This document shows positions 48,983-59,988 of a stretch of DNA of 64,000 nucleotides, piece after piece. This stretch comes from Nanobdellati archaeon (GTDB lineage: Archaea > EX4484-52 > GLR71). The notes beneath the pieces are model-generated. The model ran no database searches and had not been told where the DNA came from. It worked only from the letters and a program-made list of their open reading frames with translations. A program made the translations under genes and the position numbers. Location of the stretch: positions 16,926 through 80,925 of the forward strand of contig JAHYJR010000005.1 of assembly GCA_019429005.1 (NCBI GenBank). The letters are read 5' to 3'. Each line of letters begins with the position of its first letter. Position 1 is the stretch's first letter.

Positions 48983-51900
48983 CTATATTTGATCTAACCT
49001 ACGAGGTATAATTTGTTCTGTATCTTCTGATACTACATCACGTATTTGGTTAATATCACTCATAACCTGTTTGTTTATGTTATTCAAATCATTTGATACT
49101 GTATTCTCAAATGTTCTTGTTTGTTCAGCGACAAGTCGTGGTATACTTTCAATATTATTTTCAATTGTTCTTTCAAAACTCCTTATTTCATTTACCGATT
49201 CTGACATAAATGGTGGGGATGGTGGTGGTAATATTGGTGAAAGCTCAGGTTTTTCGTTAACAATCGAATCGTATTTAGATTCATAGTTCATGAGTTTTCT
49301 ATTTTTAAGATATTTATATATTATAATTGTTGAAACACCAAGTAATGCAAGTATAGCTAGGTATTTTGCCCATATAAATCCATCTTCGGTTGTATCTACA
49401 AGACATAATGGTGATGCTGCACAATCTCCACACGAACAATCTTCATCTATGTCACAGATACCATTTCCACACACAGAATCTGAAATTATTATAGGTGGTA
49501 TGTAGAACCCTGTTGCAAAAATAAGTGGTTTTGAAAACTCGAGGAAACCATTACTTTTGAATGTATAATCATTTATTTTATATCTAATTGTTATTATATC
49601 TTCATCAGAGCTTACATTTTCAAACATGATATTGATTGAATTAAGTAATGTATTGACTGTAATCTTACCATTATTTGCAAGTACTGTAACTTTATCAAGT
49701 TTTAAGGAATCTGGTAACTGTTCACTTATGATAAGCTGATCTATTATTTTTTTCCCTGTATAATTTATTTCAAGTGTGACGATATATTTACCGTTTTCAA
49801 GAGTTTGATATCTTTTAGCTGAAATATCGTTATATACCTCATTTGTGATTTCAGATATCGTATTCATATCATCTTCAGTTACAATTTGACCTGTAAGTGA
49901 TTTAATCATAGTCCTTACTTCATAGAGTAATGTCTTTCTAATTTGGTCAGGTGTCTTTTTGAATGTGTATGACATGAAATCTGCTTCTGTGCCTTTAGAA
50001 TCTTTACTGCCTGCATATGGTAATGGTATTGAAAATCCTGAAGAGGATGAGCTTCCGCATCCAACACATCCTGTTGTTTGTGTTGTTGCAGGTATGTCTT
50101 GTATTATCGTAACTGTAATCTGTTTCAATTCACTTTCAGATATGTTAAAAATACTACTTTGTGTTATGTATGTTTTATCTGAAATAGTATATTCTGCTTG
50201 TATGAGTAATGCTTCTGTATATTTTGTTGTATTAACACCAATCATACCAAGTCCAGCGATATTAGTTGAAGTTGTTATGTTTGTTGTCATATTTGTACTG
50301 ACGTTCAAGATTACAGTATTATACATAAGTGTTAGTTTTGCGTTATTTAGCAGTGTACCCTGTTGGTTTTTGACAGTTATGTTTAAGTATGCATACTTAC
50401 TTCTATTCATATACACATCCGTTGTCACAAAATTGGTTGTTTTTGTTTCAAATATGTGTTTATTTTGGAATATATTATATGTTCCATTAACACTTGTTCC
50501 AATAGCGCTATAATTATTTTTGTAAAGATATTTGAAATCTAGTTCACCTATAGCTGTTGATTTTATGAGTGTTTGGCCTTGTGCATCAACAGTAAGGCCT
50601 GTATCATTCCAAACATAAATGAATATAGTATCATCTTTGATTGTTTCTCTTGAGATATTATACATATCTTTTACATCATATAGATTCATATACACTGTTA
50701 CTGGTGTTATATTGAGCTTATTTATTATATTAAGTCCATTTTCAGGTATGTTTTCTTGTATGTTTATATTGCTTTCATAATATCCAAATCCAAGATTATC
50801 TGCATCAATTACATATTTGTAGTTTGGTGTTATACTGTTTAGATTCCAATATTTATCTGTAATCACATTATTGAATGTTAAAATTCCATTATTATCTGTA
50901 AGTCCTGTAAGTGTTTTATTGAATCCGTTTAATGCGATATCTGTATTTTTATATATTGTAACATTTACATCTTCAAATGCACCAGTTTCGTTTGTTATAT
51001 TGAATTTGATTCTGGTATCATTAAGTGTCATAGTTTGATTATTTCCATTTATTTCATCTTCACCAAATATGGCTTCAAGCAAATAACTTTTATTAACAAA
51101 ACCTAAACTTAGTATCTGCATTGCATTTGGTACAACTGTATATTGTCCATATGGTATATTTGACACTGTAATACCTGTTCCGGATGTTCCTGAATATACT
51201 AGACCTGTAGGCCCTGATAAAGATAAGCTGATGTTCTCAACCGTACTTCCTGTATCATTTACAAATTTTATGAGTATTTCTGTATTGTTCAATAAATACG
51301 TAATCTCATTATTTTTACCGCTCATCTGATCTGTTACTGTGAGATTGAATGTATTGTTTCCATCATATGCGAATATATTGCTTGCAAAGGATATGCTATA
51401 TGTGCCTGTCGGCACAAGACTGAACATTACGGAACCATTATCATTTGTAATATTATTGAAGTAACATAATCCTTTTTGATTTTGAACATTTGTACAATTA
51501 TAAAGCGACATAGCTATACCAAGATTTTCAACAGAACCTAAACTTTCATCTTTGAATATAAGGTTTACTTTTGTTGTGTTAAGTGTGACATTTATTTCAT
51601 TTTCTTGATTTGTAATACTTGTATACATTATATTCGCAACACTATATCCTAAATAGCCACCATCAACTTTTGCATTTTGTGTACTTGCCTCCATATGTCT
51701 TTGAACTGTTCCATTCTCATTTGTTGTTAATATACAACTTGTAGTTTCATCAATACAGCTATAATATGGATTAAATGTTATTGAAATGTTTGCAAGTGTT
51801 AAGTTGGTATCACTTTGCACATTAAATCTATTAATTGCAGCTCCTCCTTGATACATATATAGTTCCATATCTGTTTCTGTTCCGTTGAATAAATCAGTGA

Positions 51901-54900
51901 TTGTAGTTTCAAAATTTGTAACATATAAGGTTAAGTCCCATGGACTGAATAATGGATTTATAGATATAATAAAATGACCAACTATGTCTGTTATACTTTC
52001 GTAATACTTAGATATCCCTTTTTTAAATTTAATTCCAACATTTACAATTGGTGTTTGTATATTTTTCTCATCAAATAATTGTTTATTATAAATTGTACCG
52101 CTTACAGTTCCTTGTCCTATAAGGCTGAAATTATATTCTGATGTTGAACTGTTATATAACACATTGTTTTTTAAAACATCTTTTAAATATCGACCATCAG
52201 CTTCAATAAGGATATCATAATTTTGTTTTAAATCATTATACAAAGTCGCACCAGGTATATATGGACTTGCTGCTATTGAATAATAACCATTTGAATCTGT
52301 TTTTGTGGTATACCTTACATTTTGAAGTTCGCCACTGCTATATTGTCCAAATGAAACAACAGCATCTTCTACAAATTGACAGTCGTTATGTGTACAATAT
52401 TTATCCGTAATAAAACCTTCAACTGTTGCAAGACCTGTAAGATTGATTTTTTCTTTTCCATTTAATTCAGTTAAATTAGTATATGTACCGTTGTATAGAC
52501 CACCCTCAACACCATATGTATCTAATGAATCATATTGACTGTATCCTTTAGCATCAACTCTAACATAATATTTACTATCTGCTTTTATTTGGATCTCACC
52601 AAATTCATTTGTATTAGCTTCAGAAAATACAAGTTTTCCTACAGGCAATTTTTCAATCAAATCAATTCCATAACCTGCAAATTGACCATCTATCCTAATA
52701 TCATAAAAACCATCTGGTAGTGTGAATGTAATATTTCCACCACTATTTGTAAGGTTACTTGCTATAAGATATTCGTCTAAAAAGTTTGAATCTCCTTTAT
52801 ATATAGACACATTAGCTAGTGGAATTCCACTTCCGCCTGCAGTTGCCTGTATTGTTATGTTCCAGTTATCACCGATTATTGATTTGTAAATATTTGATCT
52901 GTTTATGCCTTTATGATAATCATAGAACATCACAGATTCATCAAGACCCATAAGTGATGGATTATTTGTATTTAAAGGGTCATCATTTAATGGTGGATCT
53001 ATCCATATGCTGAGGTTATCTCCTGCAAATATGCTGAACCTTGTTGAATTTTGACCATCTGTTTTATTGCTGACAATTACACTTATGTTACAGTCCATAC
53101 ATGGTAAGACTCTCTCAAATACTCGAGTACCATCAGCAAATGTTAATCCGCTTAATGTGTTGTTCATAGCATCAACTGCTGCTGTCACATTATCACTCAT
53201 GTATACAGTAACATTTGCATCTCCTATAGGGTAATATGTTGCGTTTGTAACATTGACTTCAAGTACAGTCATGTTAATGTTTATGGTATATGATGTTGTT
53301 GTTTTGTTAATCTCAATAAGTTGTGGATGTGTATAATTTTCATAACCTTGCATAGTTCCGTCTATATTAAGCGTATAATTATTGTATGGTATTTTTTTGA
53401 ATGTTGCATTAAATGGATCTGATTCAAGTGCCATGCCATTAAATGTTATTGTAGTACCATTTCCATACATATCGAATTCAATATTTGAACCATTTGATGT
53501 TATGTTTAAGTGTAATTTATTCTCTTCAATAACAATTGTTTGGTTGTTTCGTCCCCATGTAAGTTGTGTTTGGTAATTTTGTATTATGGTGCTATTATAA
53601 CCAATCTGTGTTCCATCTATAACAAGGTTGTACACTTCACCCGGATCACCAACAACAACACGCCTTAATGTTGCAGTACTATTTGTAGTCTGATTTGTAA
53701 TGTCTGAGGTGTATGGTAATATATCATTTTCAAGAAGGCTGACAATCACATTATCATCAACCTGTGCTGTGCCGTTTGTAACATTTATAACAAGATAATT
53801 TTCTGTAAGTGTTGCATTTTTAGTTGTTACAGTACCTATCGTGATACTAAACAATTCTGTTTCATTAAGATTATATCCATTATGACGTCCATCTGCAGAT
53901 ATCTTATGGTTTCCTGGAATTAGTGTTGTGCTTACAAATTGTACATAACCATCTTTATCTGAATCTGTTGTTGACATAACAATATCATCTGTAGAGTTCA
54001 AAAGATTTATTATTGTACCTTCAGTGGTTGCAGTTATGATTTTGTTTATTTCGTCATATATATACACATTTATTATGGTAGTACCTCCAAGGTTTACTGG
54101 TGTAGGGTATGTATTATTACCATAATCAATCACAATTGTTGTGTCGTTCCATTGTGTATAACCTGACATATTGATACTTAATAAAGCCCATGCTTCAGAC
54201 AACAATTTATTGAATGTTACGATACCATTTATGTCTGTAAGTGCTGTAAGTGCAATTCCTTGTGCGTTATTGATGATGCTTGTCATTGAACTATCTGTCC
54301 AGATAGATACATTTGCACCTTGTAATGGATTAATTCCATCACTTGTGACTAATATTTCAAATAAATTTTCATCAATATATACTGTCTGTATATTTTGACT
54401 TCCAAGTGTTAGGTTAACTTGGTATTGTGTTAAACTGTAACCTTCCTTTGTACCATTTATAGTTATATTGTATGTTCCGGAAAGTAATGTTCCGTCTCCA
54501 AGAAGTACTTCACCTCCACTTGTTATGTTTGTATAATTTTCAGCAGGGTTGTTTTCTTTTACCATTGAAACATTTATATTATTTAAATCGCTTTGTGTTG
54601 ATGAATCTCTGACTATTATTCTTGTAAATGTCTGTTGTAGGTCGAGTTCAACATATCTGAAACCATCTGAGAAGTTTGTTGATTGGTCTAATGTAATCTC
54701 TCCGGTATAATTATTATGTCCATCAAGTGATATAGAGATATTATAAGTACCCCACAATAAACCACGGAATGTAACATTTTCACCATCTCCACCAACATCT
54801 GTAATACCTATTACTTGTAAATTAGAACCTGTTGAATTCTGTGCGATTGTGCTGCCGACAGGTCCGGACCATAAGGTTACATTAGCACCTTGTACAGAAC

Positions 54901-57900
54901 TACCTTCAATAAATAATACTAGTTCATTGTTTTTCAGTGTAAGATCAACATGTTTTGATTGATCTGGTAATACATATATATACGCTTCAGTTATATTGTA
55001 TCCTTTAGCTGTTCCATTCACAGTTATGTTTTGGTATGATTGCAAATTGCTAAATGATACTAATCCATTTATTGTTGTATTTTTAATGTAGAAATCTGAA
55101 CCTATATCTATTAATGTTTCTGCATCAGTTGGATTTGATTGGTTTATGAACACATCTTCAATTATAATATAATCTGTACCACTTATAATTAATGGAAGTG
55201 TACTGAAGTCATATGTGTTAGGTGTTCCATCATAATTTATTGTTACATCGTTGATTGTAAATGACACCATTGTAATATTGTGTATGTTACTTAGATTATC
55301 TTTTATATTTAAAACTGTACCAATTTCAAGTATTGCTTTACCCTTTGTTTTGATTTCGACATCGTCTATTACAGGGAATCCTGTTTCATCAGTTATATTT
55401 AATATTAGATTTCCTGCATGTGGTGGTAATATTATAGGTGTTGATGTCATGTTTATTATTGTTCCTGCTTGTGCTTCCGTAATCAGTATATCTGTGGTGT
55501 TTGTATAATAATTGGATGGTATGTCTAGTGCCGTCAATGTATTTATGCCTGAAGGCACATATTCAAATGTGTGTGTGTTGTTTACTGTATAATTGAGTAG
55601 ATATGGTCCTGTTAAACCTATGATTTGTGTGTTATTTATTATGATTCCTCGCGGATCTGATGCTGTAAGAATCAATACTGTTTTATTTATGTTGAATGTT
55701 TGATTATAGGTGATACCCGCTGTAGTTATATTTATATTACCAGCTGTATTTCCACAACCTAGGCTTGATGCATTTACATTTATATCAAAATATCCTGTTG
55801 GGACTTCACTAAACATTGTTAAATTATTGAACGTTGTATTTGTATCATTGTTTTTGATACCTATTATGTTTGGATTTCGCTCTATATAGACTGTGGCGTT
55901 TGTTGTATTAGATAAATTATCACACGTTACATATACTTCAAGTTCTGTGCTAGTAAGTGATTTTATAAATGTCAAATTATTGAAGTAATGGTATAAACTG
56001 ACTTTTGCATTTTCTATTGGTGATATTGCCATATCATAGTTTTGGCTGTCTTTAACTTCAATTTCAAATACGGGTTCAATTACAAAATTATATGGGCTTG
56101 TACCATATCCTGTGCAACCTTGTTCACATTTTGTTATGTCTGTGTATTGGCTTGAATGTGTGGTTATCTTATATGTGAGTGTGCTTGGTATTTTTGCACT
56201 GAAGTTTCCATATATGTCTGTGCTTTTATAATATGAGAATCCCTTAATTGTATCATATATTATTATGTCTGCATTTTGTACGGGTTCATCGAAAAGTGTT
56301 TTAACTGAACCTGTTATTGTAATTGAACCATCAAGTCTTGGATTTATAACTATTGATTGATTTGCAGGATATCCTATCCCTAGAAGACTACTATTCCATG
56401 CAAGGTATCCACTTTTATCTACAAGTATCTTATAATTTCCCGAAAGTCCTATCTGGTAATCAAAGTTACCATTTGAATCTGATTGTAGTCTGTATATTGT
56501 CGTATCATTTGAATTATATTGTATTGTCATGTTTGCATATGGTATTTTTACAATGTTATTGTTGTATATTTCAGAATCTGTAACAATACCTGATAATCTG
56601 ATGTTTCCTGTCATTTGTATTACAAAATCACGAGGGTTTGTCGGACTTGCAATTTGTTGTTCAGTATTATTGAACAAGTAAAAGCCATCAGCTATATAAT
56701 AAACGTTATAATTGAGTGTCCCTGGAACATTTATACCAAATTCACCATTTGTATTTGTTGTTGTCTTATATAATTTTGTGCTGTTTATGTCATCTACATA
56801 TACGAACGCATTAACTAGTTCTTGTTTGACTTTACCTGTATTTTGATCAAGTACAGTTCCATTTATCCATGAGTTTCCTTTTATCGTAATGTCAACTATA
56901 TTTGATACTTGTGTTGTAGTTTCGATTGTTGTAATTGTATTATAACCATTTTTTTCTGCAGTTAGATAATATTCGCTGTTACCTTTCATCCTTGTATTGT
57001 ATTCACCTGTATTGTTTGTTATGAGTGCATATGTGAAATATCCGGATGGTGTTGTTACATACGCTGTTATATTTACAAGATTTGCAGGTATTTCTGCAGG
57101 GTTATATTCATCTGCATAATTAAGGTTGATATCTATAACTTTTCCAGAGAGTGTTGCAGTACCATTTAATCTGATATCACCAGAATAGTTTCCAGTTAAT
57201 GCAAGTGGTGCAGTTGCAGTATATCCATCGGAAAGTATGGATAACGCGTAACCCGTATTATCTCTAATCTTAAACGAGAATTCGCCAGTATTATTTGTAA
57301 ATGTTGTGTATTTTATATTCTGATCAAAATCTTCAACAACTGTTATTGTTGCGTTATATATAGGTTGCGTATTCCAATAATCTGTTATTTTTGCATATAC
57401 TGTTGTAGGACCTTCAAGTGTTGTGCTTATTTCTTCAAAATCACCATAAACTAAGTTATTGGTGCTACTTTCTCCAACTATTTTGGTATTATATTTATTA
57501 TGTGTGATTTTGATTCTATATCCATTTGTATTATTAAGCAGAGTTTTTGGTACATATAATTCATAATATCCATTTACATCTGTCAATATTGTGTAGAAAT
57601 ATTTGTTGTCGTATCCAAAAGGGTTTCCATTGGAATCAACAATTGTAACATTTGCATTTTGTACTTTTATCGTAGTATTGTATGTATCTCTAAGAGTTCC
57701 ATAAATTTTTGCAGTACCTTTTATAGCAATATTAAGTATTTCATCTTGTCTTGATGTATATGGTATATTATAAGAATATGTTGAACTTTTGTATGTATCA
57801 TAACTTGTATGATTTATTGTCACATAATAACTAGTATTTGTAGCAGTGACACTTCCAAACATAAGTATATTTCCATCTGAATCTGTTTTACAGATATTAT

Positions 57901-58387
57901 CAATGCATCTGTAATTACCATAATTATTAATTGTTTCATCTATTCCAACTTTATAGACTTTTACTTGAGCATCTTTTATCGGCATACTATTTGCAAAATC
58001 TTTTACCGTTATGTTAAAGCTTGAGTGTGTGTTTGGTATAACTTCTAGAGATATTGGGTTGTTCGTATAATAACAATTTGAACCATTTAGGACTGTTTGA
58101 TTAACATATCCTACTGCGGCAATTTTTAATGCGTAACCATCTGCTGTTGTTATATTTTCTGAAAAGATACCATTAGGACTTATAGTTGTTGTACTGATAA
58201 CACCAAAAACACCGCTTGAGTTACATTCAAGTATGTCTATAGTTCCGGCTGTTGGGTATGAGAATCCATCTATTATGTCTTTAAGACTTCCCTGAACATT
58301 ATAATCTACAGCGTATGTTGTATTTATTCCATATATTGCAAATAAGGCTAGCAATATTGTGATAATAAGAAGTATTTTAGATTTCAT
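48983..58387 (-). CDS. Giant (3134 aa) membrane-anchored surface glycoprotein with carboxypeptidase-regulatory-like/Cna-B beta repeats
   Basis: Signal peptide; repeated G.V.D...PI..A.V / T..NG.F / GY modules; Cys-rich CGNGIC motif; TM helix; cytoplasmic tail. Confidence 0.9.
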   Translation of the reverse strand: MKSKILLIITILLALFAIYGINTTYAVDYNVQGSLKDIIDGFSYPTAGTIDILECNSSGVFGVISTTTISPNGIFSENITTADGYALKIAAVGYVNQTVLNGSNCYYTNNPISLEVIPNTHSSFNITVKDFANSMPIKDAQVKVYKVGIDETINNYGNYRCIDNICKTDSDGNILMFGSVTATNTSYYVTINHTSYDTYKSSTYSYNIPYTSRQDEILNIAIKGTAKIYGTLRDTYNTTIKVQNANVTIVDSNGNPFGYDNKYFYTILTDVNGYYELYVPKTLLNNTNGYRIKITHNKYNTKIVGESSTNNLVYGDFEEISTTLEGPTTVYAKITDYWNTQPIYNATITVVEDFDQNIKYTTFTNNTGEFSFKIRDNTGYALSILSDGYTATAPLALTGNYSGDIRLNGTATLSGKVIDINLNYADEYNPAEIPANLVNITAYVTTPSGYFTYALITNNTGEYNTRMKGNSEYYLTAEKNGYNTITTIETTTQVSNIVDITIKGNSWINGTVLDQNTGKVKQELVNAFVYVDDINSTKLYKTTTNTNGEFGINVPGTLNYNVYYIADGFYLFNNTEQQIASPTNPRDFVIQMTGNIRLSGIVTDSEIYNNNIVKIPYANMTIQYNSNDTTIYRLQSDSNGNFDYQIGLSGNYKILVDKSGYLAWNSSLLGIGYPANQSIVINPRLDGSITITGSVKTLFDEPVQNADIIIYDTIKGFSYYKSTDIYGNFSAKIPSTLTYKITTHSSQYTDITKCEQGCTGYGTSPYNFVIEPVFEIEVKDSQNYDMAISPIENAKVSLYHYFNNLTFIKSLTSTELEVYVTCDNLSNTTNATVYIERNPNIIGIKNNDTNTTFNNLTMFSEVPTGYFDINVNASSLGCGNTAGNINITTAGITYNQTFNINKTVLILTASDPRGIIINNTQIIGLTGPYLLNYTVNNTHTFEYVPSGINTLTALDIPSNYYTNTTDILITEAQAGTIINMTSTPIILPPHAGNLILNITDETGFPVIDDVEIKTKGKAILEIGTVLNIKDNLSNIHNITMVSFTINDVTINYDGTPNTYDFSTLPLIISGTDYIIIEDVFINQSNPTDAETLIDIGSDFYIKNTTINGLVSFSNLQSYQNITVNGTAKGYNITEAYIYVLPDQSKHVDLTLKNNELVLFIEGSSVQGANVTLWSGPVGSTIAQNSTGSNLQVIGITDVGGDGENVTFRGLLWGTYNISISLDGHNNYTGEITLDQSTNFSDGFRYVELDLQQTFTRIIVRDSSTQSDLNNINVSMVKENNPAENYTNITSGGEVLLGDGTLLSGTYNITINGTKEGYSLTQYQVNLTLGSQNIQTVYIDENLFEILVTSDGINPLQGANVSIWTDSSMTSIINNAQGIALTALTDINGIVTFNKLLSEAWALLSINMSGYTQWNDTTIVIDYGNNTYPTPVNLGGTTIINVYIYDEINKIITATTEGTIINLLNSTDDIVMSTTDSDKDGYVQFVSTTLIPGNHKISADGRHNGYNLNETELFSITIGTVTTKNATLTENYLVINVTNGTAQVDDNVIVSLLENDILPYTSDITNQTTNSTATLRRVVVGDPGEVYNLVIDGTQIGYNSTIIQNYQTQLTWGRNNQTIVIEENKLHLNITSNGSNIEFDMYGNGTTITFNGMALESDPFNATFKKIPYNNYTLNIDGTMQGYENYTHPQLIEINKTTTSYTININMTVLEVNVTNATYYPIGDANVTVYMSDNVTAAVDAMNNTLSGLTFADGTRVFERVLPCMDCNISVIVSNKTDGQNSTRFSIFAGDNLSIWIDPPLNDDPLNTNNPSLMGLDESVMFYDYHKGINRSNIYKSIIGDNWNITIQATAGGSGIPLANVSIYKGDSNFLDEYLIASNLTNSGGNITFTLPDGFYDIRIDGQFAGYGIDLIEKLPVGKLVFSEANTNEFGEIQIKADSKYYVRVDAKGYSQYDSLDTYGVEGGLYNGTYTNLTELNGKEKINLTGLATVEGFITDKYCTHNDCQFVEDAVVSFGQYSSGELQNVRYTTKTDSNGYYSIAASPYIPGATLYNDLKQNYDILIEADGRYLKDVLKNNVLYNSSTSEYNFSLIGQGTVSGTIYNKQLFDEKNIQTPIVNVGIKFKKGISKYYESITDIVGHFIISINPLFSPWDLTLYVTNFETTITDLFNGTETDMELYMYQGGAAINRFNVQSDTNLTLANISITFNPYYSCIDETTSCILTTNENGTVQRHMEASTQNAKVDGGYLGYSVANIMYTSITNQENEINVTLNTTKVNLIFKDESLGSVENLGIAMSLYNCTNVQNQKGLCYFNNITNDNGSVMFSLVPTGTYSISFASNIFAYDGNNTFNLTVTDQMSGKNNEITYLLNNTEILIKFVNDTGSTVENISLSLSGPTGLVYSGTSGTGITVSNIPYGQYTVVPNAMQILSLGFVNKSYLLEAIFGEDEINGNNQTMTLNDTRIKFNITNETGAFEDVNVTIYKNTDIALNGFNKTLTGLTDNNGILTFNNVITDKYWNLNSITPNYKYVIDADNLGFGYYESNINIQENIPENGLNIINKLNITPVTVYMNLYDVKDMYNISRETIKDDTIFIYVWNDTGLTVDAQGQTLIKSTAIGELDFKYLYKNNYSAIGTSVNGTYNIFQNKHIFETKTTNFVTTDVYMNRSKYAYLNITVKNQQGTLLNNAKLTLMYNTVILNVSTNMTTNITTSTNIAGLGMIGVNTTKYTEALLIQAEYTISDKTYITQSSIFNISESELKQITVTIIQDIPATTQTTGCVGCGSSSSSGFSIPLPYAGSKDSKGTEADFMSYTFKKTPDQIRKTLLYEVRTMIKSLTGQIVTEDDMNTISEITNEVYNDISAKRYQTLENGKYIVTLEINYTGKKIIDQLIISEQLPDSLKLDKVTVLANNGKITVNTLLNSINIMFENVSSDEDIITIRYKINDYTFKSNGFLEFSKPLIFATGFYIPPIIISDSVCGNGICDIDEDCSCGDCAASPLCLVDTTEDGFIWAKYLAILALLGVSTIIIYKYLKNRKLMNYESKYDSIVNEKPELSPILPPPSPPFMSESVNEIRSFERTIENNIESIPRLVAEQTRTFENTVSNDLNNINKQVMSDINQIRDVVSEDTEQIIPRRLDQI

Positions 58388-58590
58388 ACACTAACCTCCC
58401 TTTTAGGCTGGTATACTTTTGCTTTTCCAACTACAATAAGTTCAAGTTTGCCTGACATTTTTAATGCTTCAAGATATCCTGATAGAAAATCACGTCTAAG
58501 GCCCAGTTCCTCTGCAAGGTGAGAAACAGAATATGGTTTACTCTCTAGTTTTTTTAATATTCTTGTCTCTAGGTTAGGGCTTGTCGACAT
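58384..58590 (-). CDS. Small winged-helix protein translationally coupled to the giant gene
   Basis: ILKKLE..PYSVSHLAEELG...LSGYLEAL...GKL; ATGA overlap; promoter GAACCTTTATATAG at 58612-58625. Confidence 0.85.
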   Translation of the reverse strand: MSTSPNLETRILKKLESKPYSVSHLAEELGLRRDFLSGYLEALKMSGKLELIVVGKAKVYQPKREVSV

Positions 58591-58803
58591 AGTAAATTAT
58601 TGTATTATGTTCTATATAAAGGTTCATATTGTATTTTATATTATTTACTATTTTGTATACTTTATTACGTATTATATTAAATACTATATATACTACTATA
58701 TATACTACAATATAACATATTAATTGGTATGCTATATTGTTTTCTATAATAAATACTATATTGTATACAATAGAAACAATATACTCTGTATTATTTTACT
58801 AAA

Positions 58804-59988
58804 CTATATGTTCACACCAATCTCTTCAGAAAGTCTTCTATATTGTTCTGGATTTTTCTCTTTCATAAGTTTAATTAATGGAAAATATTCTCTTGCAACA
58901 TGTGTAGATGTGTGTATATGAGGACTTAAAGCCTTTGCATTTGTCTTGTTTTTTGCTCGCTCAAACATAGTTCGTGCCATAACAGCAATCTTAGTAGGGA
59001 AATGATAGCTTTTAAGATTTCGCGGTTTCTCACTCTTTGATGCTGCAACACCTGCGGTCATAAGTTGTATCTCATACACCATAAATCTGTAATATTGCAT
59101 CCGTGTTATTCTCCCTTTAAAGATATCAGCTCTTGATATAAATTCGTATGCTTTTGCTATATCTTTCTTATCTGTGTATTCTCTTGGCATATTTTCTCGA
59201 ACCCACTCTAGCATCTCTCCCGGGTCAACACCAAGATTATCCATAGATTCTATTGCAATGTTTGCATCATTTGTAATAAATAGAATCTTCAATATGTTTT
59301 CAATAGATCTTTTTGAATCACGGAATCCTATACCTTTAACAGAATCTAAGTTAATATCTGTTCCTTTTATAGCAAGTGTTTCAAGATCATTTATAGCTGC
59401 TCGTATGTCACCATCTGCATGTCTTGAGATTGCACGTATTATTTTATCTTCAATATAAACCTTTTCTAAATCACAGATATTTTTTAGAAGATTTTGTATT
59501 ATATCAGTATCAACTTTTTCAAATTTAATGATTTTACAGATCTTTTTAATTGCTTTAACTGCACTTGATCCTGAATCAGTTCCTGTAAGGATAATTGGGT
59601 GTGAGCTTGTCTCAATTATTTTTTTGATAACACCAGGTGCACCTCTATCATTTTGTCCAGATATTCCATCAATCTCATCAAAAAGGACAATTTTGCCTTT
59701 ATAAAATAAGGATTGTTGGTTTAGAGATTGCCCAAAAAAAGTTTCAAGTGCTTTTTTACTTCTGACATCTGATGCATTTGTTTCAACAATATTATAGTTC
59801 AATTTTTTTGCGATTAATTTGGTAATTGTCGTTTTTCCTGAACCTGTGGGACCCATTATAAGTACAGCTTTCATTTTCTCATTTTTCCAGTTATCTGCCC
59901 AATTAATAAGTGATTTGACTGCTGATTCATTTCCGATGAATTCTTCAAGAGTTTTTAGTTTATATTTATGGATCCACATAAGTATCAT
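58804..59988 (-). CDS. rfcL: Replication factor C large subunit
   Basis: GPTGSGKT, ETNASD, DEIDG, GDIRAAINDL, SRADIF. Confidence 0.93.
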   Translation of the reverse strand: MILMWIHKYKLKTLEEFIGNESAVKSLINWADNWKNEKMKAVLIMGPTGSGKTTITKLIAKKLNYNIVETNASDVRSKKALETFFGQSLNQQSLFYKGKIVLFDEIDGISGQNDRGAPGVIKKIIETSSHPIILTGTDSGSSAVKAIKKICKIIKFEKVDTDIIQNLLKNICDLEKVYIEDKIIRAISRHADGDIRAAINDLETLAIKGTDINLDSVKGIGFRDSKRSIENILKILFITNDANIAIESMDNLGVDPGEMLEWVRENMPREYTDKKDIAKAYEFISRADIFKGRITRMQYYRFMVYEIQLMTAGVAASKSEKPRNLKSYHFPTKIAVMARTMFERAKNKTNAKALSPHIHTSTHVAREYFPLIKLMKEKNPEQYRRLSEEIGVNI

